Source of the DNA: Spongospora subterranea f. sp. subterranea | Taxonomy: Eukaryota | Direction of reading: 5' to 3' | DNA length: 64,000 nucleotides | Assembly (NCBI GenBank): GCA_049724395.1 | Contig: JAUGWO010000034.1 | Coordinates: forward strand, 62,001 to 126,000 | Shown here: in pieces, positions 61,451-64,000 of the stretch | Layout of the letters: every line of letters starts with the position of its first letter | How positions within the stretch are numbered: the first letter of the stretch is position 1 | The notes under the pieces: generated by a model | What the model was told of the DNA's origin: nothing | What the model saw: only the letters and a program-made list of their open reading frames with translations | Databases searched by the model: none | Position numbers and translations under genes: made by a program

Positions 61451-62116
61451 ACTAAATAATATTTAATTCCGTCCTTTGAAATCTGCTGGTTCATCAGACA
61501 ACAAAGTACAGTCCTTCCGTATGTGTAACGGGTTGTTTATCTTCAGAGGGGGGACATGTGCTTGTCCTCTACACTTGTCAACAATAGTGCACTTTTGACG
61601 CCAAATGTACTTCTATGTAGCTGGAAAACCTTTGACAAAAGACTCTAACTGGGCCATTTTTTTATATTTGGACAAGGTCTTGAGAGGCAAGGGTTGATTC
61701 TCTTTGAGCGAAAAAGCAGCCATAGTGGCAGTGGCTTAGGCTTAAGACAGCAAAAGAAAATTTCGATAGTGTCACATGGTTTTCTCAAATTCGTGCCTGG
61801 AAACGAGCGTTGACGAGCCCGAAAGCGTTTTCACATAATAAGATCAATAAAGCAGATTTTTTAGCCGCCTTGCTCCATTTTTGTTTCGTCGATAAAACCG
61901 ACTTGAATTGCACAAACCGGGTGAACGTGGTTCACGGTACAGCGCAGTTTCTTGAAGGTCGAGACCTCAAGTTCAGACTTCAGACAGCAAACGTGATGAG
62001 AGTGTACACTTCAAATCTCTTTAAATCGTCCTTTTTTTAAGTGCGCATAAACTGCGGCTCGAAATTTGTTTTGTTTGGACAAGGCATATTCGCCAACTGC
62101 TGTTGGGTTTTGCGAG

Positions 62117-63400
62117 ATGTGGCCTGCCATCAAAAAGCTAGATGCGTATCCGAAACTTTCTGAGGCGGTCCAGGTGAAGACCCTGGCAGGCGGAATTGTA
62201 TCGATATCATCATCCGTTATTATGTTATTGTTATTCTGCTCCGAATTGGTGTATTTTATGTCGCCTGTCACTCGAGATCATCTAGTCGTCGACTCTTCTC
62301 GCTCTGAAAAATTACAAATTAATGTTGATCTTTTATTTCCAGCTGTCCCATGCTCTTGTAAAGAATATGCGAACTTTCTCATTTAGTATGTTCTAATTAA
62401 GATTTCAGTGCTCAGTATGGATGTCATGGACGTGACTGGAGTTCCTCAAAAAGAAGTACTTTCCAAAATATCCAAACATCGAATCGATATCAATGGCAAA
62501 GACCTCGGATTGTATGAAATGGAAGCCCAGTTGGGTGGAGTGATGGAGGAAAAAGTCGTTCTTTCCGTTGCCAACACGACAAAATGCAAAGAGTGCTATG
62601 GCGCTGAAGACGTTGAAGGTCAATGTTGCAATACATGTGAAGATGTGAAAGCGGCATACCGAAAGAAAGGATGGGCGCTGCGATCTCTTGATCATATTGA
62701 GCAATGCCAGGAAGTCAGTGCACGGGTCCGCAAAGAATTGGAATTGCATGAAGGTTGTCAGGTTTCGGGGTACTTGTCTATTGATAAGTCAGCTGGAAAT
62801 TTTCATTTGGCACCCGGTGACAGTTTTCAAGAGCATCATGCTGAGGATCATAATTTAGAGGCGTTTGAGGCTGGGCTTTTCAATGTCAGCCACTTTATCA
62901 ACCGGTTCTCTTTCGGTGCTGAATATCCAGGTCTTATTAACCCTCTCGACGGTGTTGAAAAGGTTGTTGCCGAAGGTGGTGCTATTTTTCAATATTACAT
63001 CAAGGTTCTAAATTGCTGCAATGACCATCATCGCCCTAAGCTGGGATCGTAGGTTGTGCCAACGACGTATGAGTATCTAGATGGTCGAACCATTGTCACC
63101 AACCAGTTTTCTGTCACCGAACATACTGCTTTTGTTCGGGAACGAGAAGGGCTTGGGTAAGTCGTCACCTTTTCTTCTTTGCTAATACTTATCTCTAACA
63201 GTTTGCCCGGGGTGTTCTTTTTCTTTGACATTTCGCCGATTAAAGTGCAGTTTAAGGAAGAACGCCGATCATTTTTCCATTTCATGACCCAGCTTTGTGC
63301 CATTATTGGAGGGGTTTATACTGTATCGTCACTAGTTGACAAACTCGTATACACGTCGATGAGGACTTTGGAAAAAAACCGAATTGGCAAATTCGGGTAA
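62117..63400 (+). CDS. ERGIC3: ER-Golgi intermediate compartment protein 3 (Erv46); multi-exon
   Basis: 'KKLDAYPK', 'CYGAE...CCNTCEDVKAAY.KKGW', 'EGCQVSG', 'GNFHLAPG', 'PGVFFFFDISPI', 'CAIIGGVYTV'. Confidence 0.95.
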
Positions 63401-63569
63401 ATCCATTTGCTGGATTCTCTTCGCCAAATTGTATCAGTTCAATTATAAATGAGAGAATATGAGTTTTGTATGGTCTGGACAAATTAGGTTACTTCGGGCA
63501 CATGCCCCTTCAGCTTGCATTCAATGAGGTGCTAACGAACTCCGCAGAACGTCGACCGGCATTGATCAC

Positions 63570-64000
63570 AATGGACACGCCTGGCTTCGCCAGGGCGACA
63601 CGAAGCGACCTATTCGATCCAGATCTGTCAGAGTATCTCCCTTCCTACAAGGATATCGACAATCATGTCGACCAGAATGTCAGTGAATCTGTCTACACCG
63701 AAGCCGAGCTGGAGCAACTCGATAGTGAATTGGGAATGAATCCACGTAAAAAAGCCAGGGTCAGTTTTGCACGCTGTTACGTTAAAATTCTGGCGTGACG
63801 TTAATTGTCTTCCGTTTATTAGAGGGTACTGCAACGGCGTGACACGTTACCAGCTGAACTTGCAAAGAAAATGGGTAACAGCATTCATTGTTATTCAAAG
63901 ATGATTGCATCAACGACAATTAGGTGAGGCCAATATGATGTTCGTGAATCATGAGCTGGTCGGAGCTGCACAGTTATTGCTGGAAATTATCAAAGAGGCG
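63570..64000 (+). CDS. Start of a hypothetical spliced gene (may run off the window)
   Basis: Acidic ORF ending 'PRKKAR' followed by a GT-AG intron candidate; no family recognised. Confidence 0.35.

Noticed and set aside
303..63834. Numerous 60-170 aa antisense or overlapping ORFs in the track
   Set aside because: Shadow frames of real genes or repeats, with no independent support
1..64000. Genome-wide UGA=Trp genetic code
   Set aside because: TGA terminates conserved C-termini (HSP10, LIM-headpiece, nadC, MFS copy 1) and TGG is used normally

Overview
Gene-dense eukaryotic (protist-like) nuclear DNA with very short GT-AG introns (typically ~50 nt) and scattered transposon relics. The style suggests a phytomyxid such as Spongospora or Plasmodiophora, but that is unverified inference. 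Recognisable genes: CCDC47-like, PRP19, GatC-like, tRNA-Leu(AAG), a rhomboid-family pseudoprotease with SHP box, PRP40, BAG6, an EF-hand protein, TFIIH p44, uridine kinase, an SDR, a cAR-type GPCR, eIF3f, MFSD8-like transporter (duplicated), an SH3-4xLIM-villin-headpiece protein, SDE2, WASP, HSP10, QPRT/nadC, MVD and ERGIC3. Mobile DNA: a TSD-bounded Mutator-like element and pogo, mariner, copia and Penelope-like remnants. Most notable observations: (1) an intronless bacterial-type cytidylyltransferase resembling the domain fused to PEP mutases, between TE relics; (2) three paralogous orphan type-I membrane proteins sharing an upstream GTCGGTCG motif; (3) an MFS gene that fills an inferred 1.5-kb antisense intron, inside a tandem segmental duplication; (4) in-frame TGA codons and single frameshifts in otherwise intact genes, most likely assembly error or decay but testable; (5) an 86-bp G-rich tandem array with dimeric higher-order structure next to an orphan ORF. 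All family assignments are from motif recognition by eye, with no database searches.
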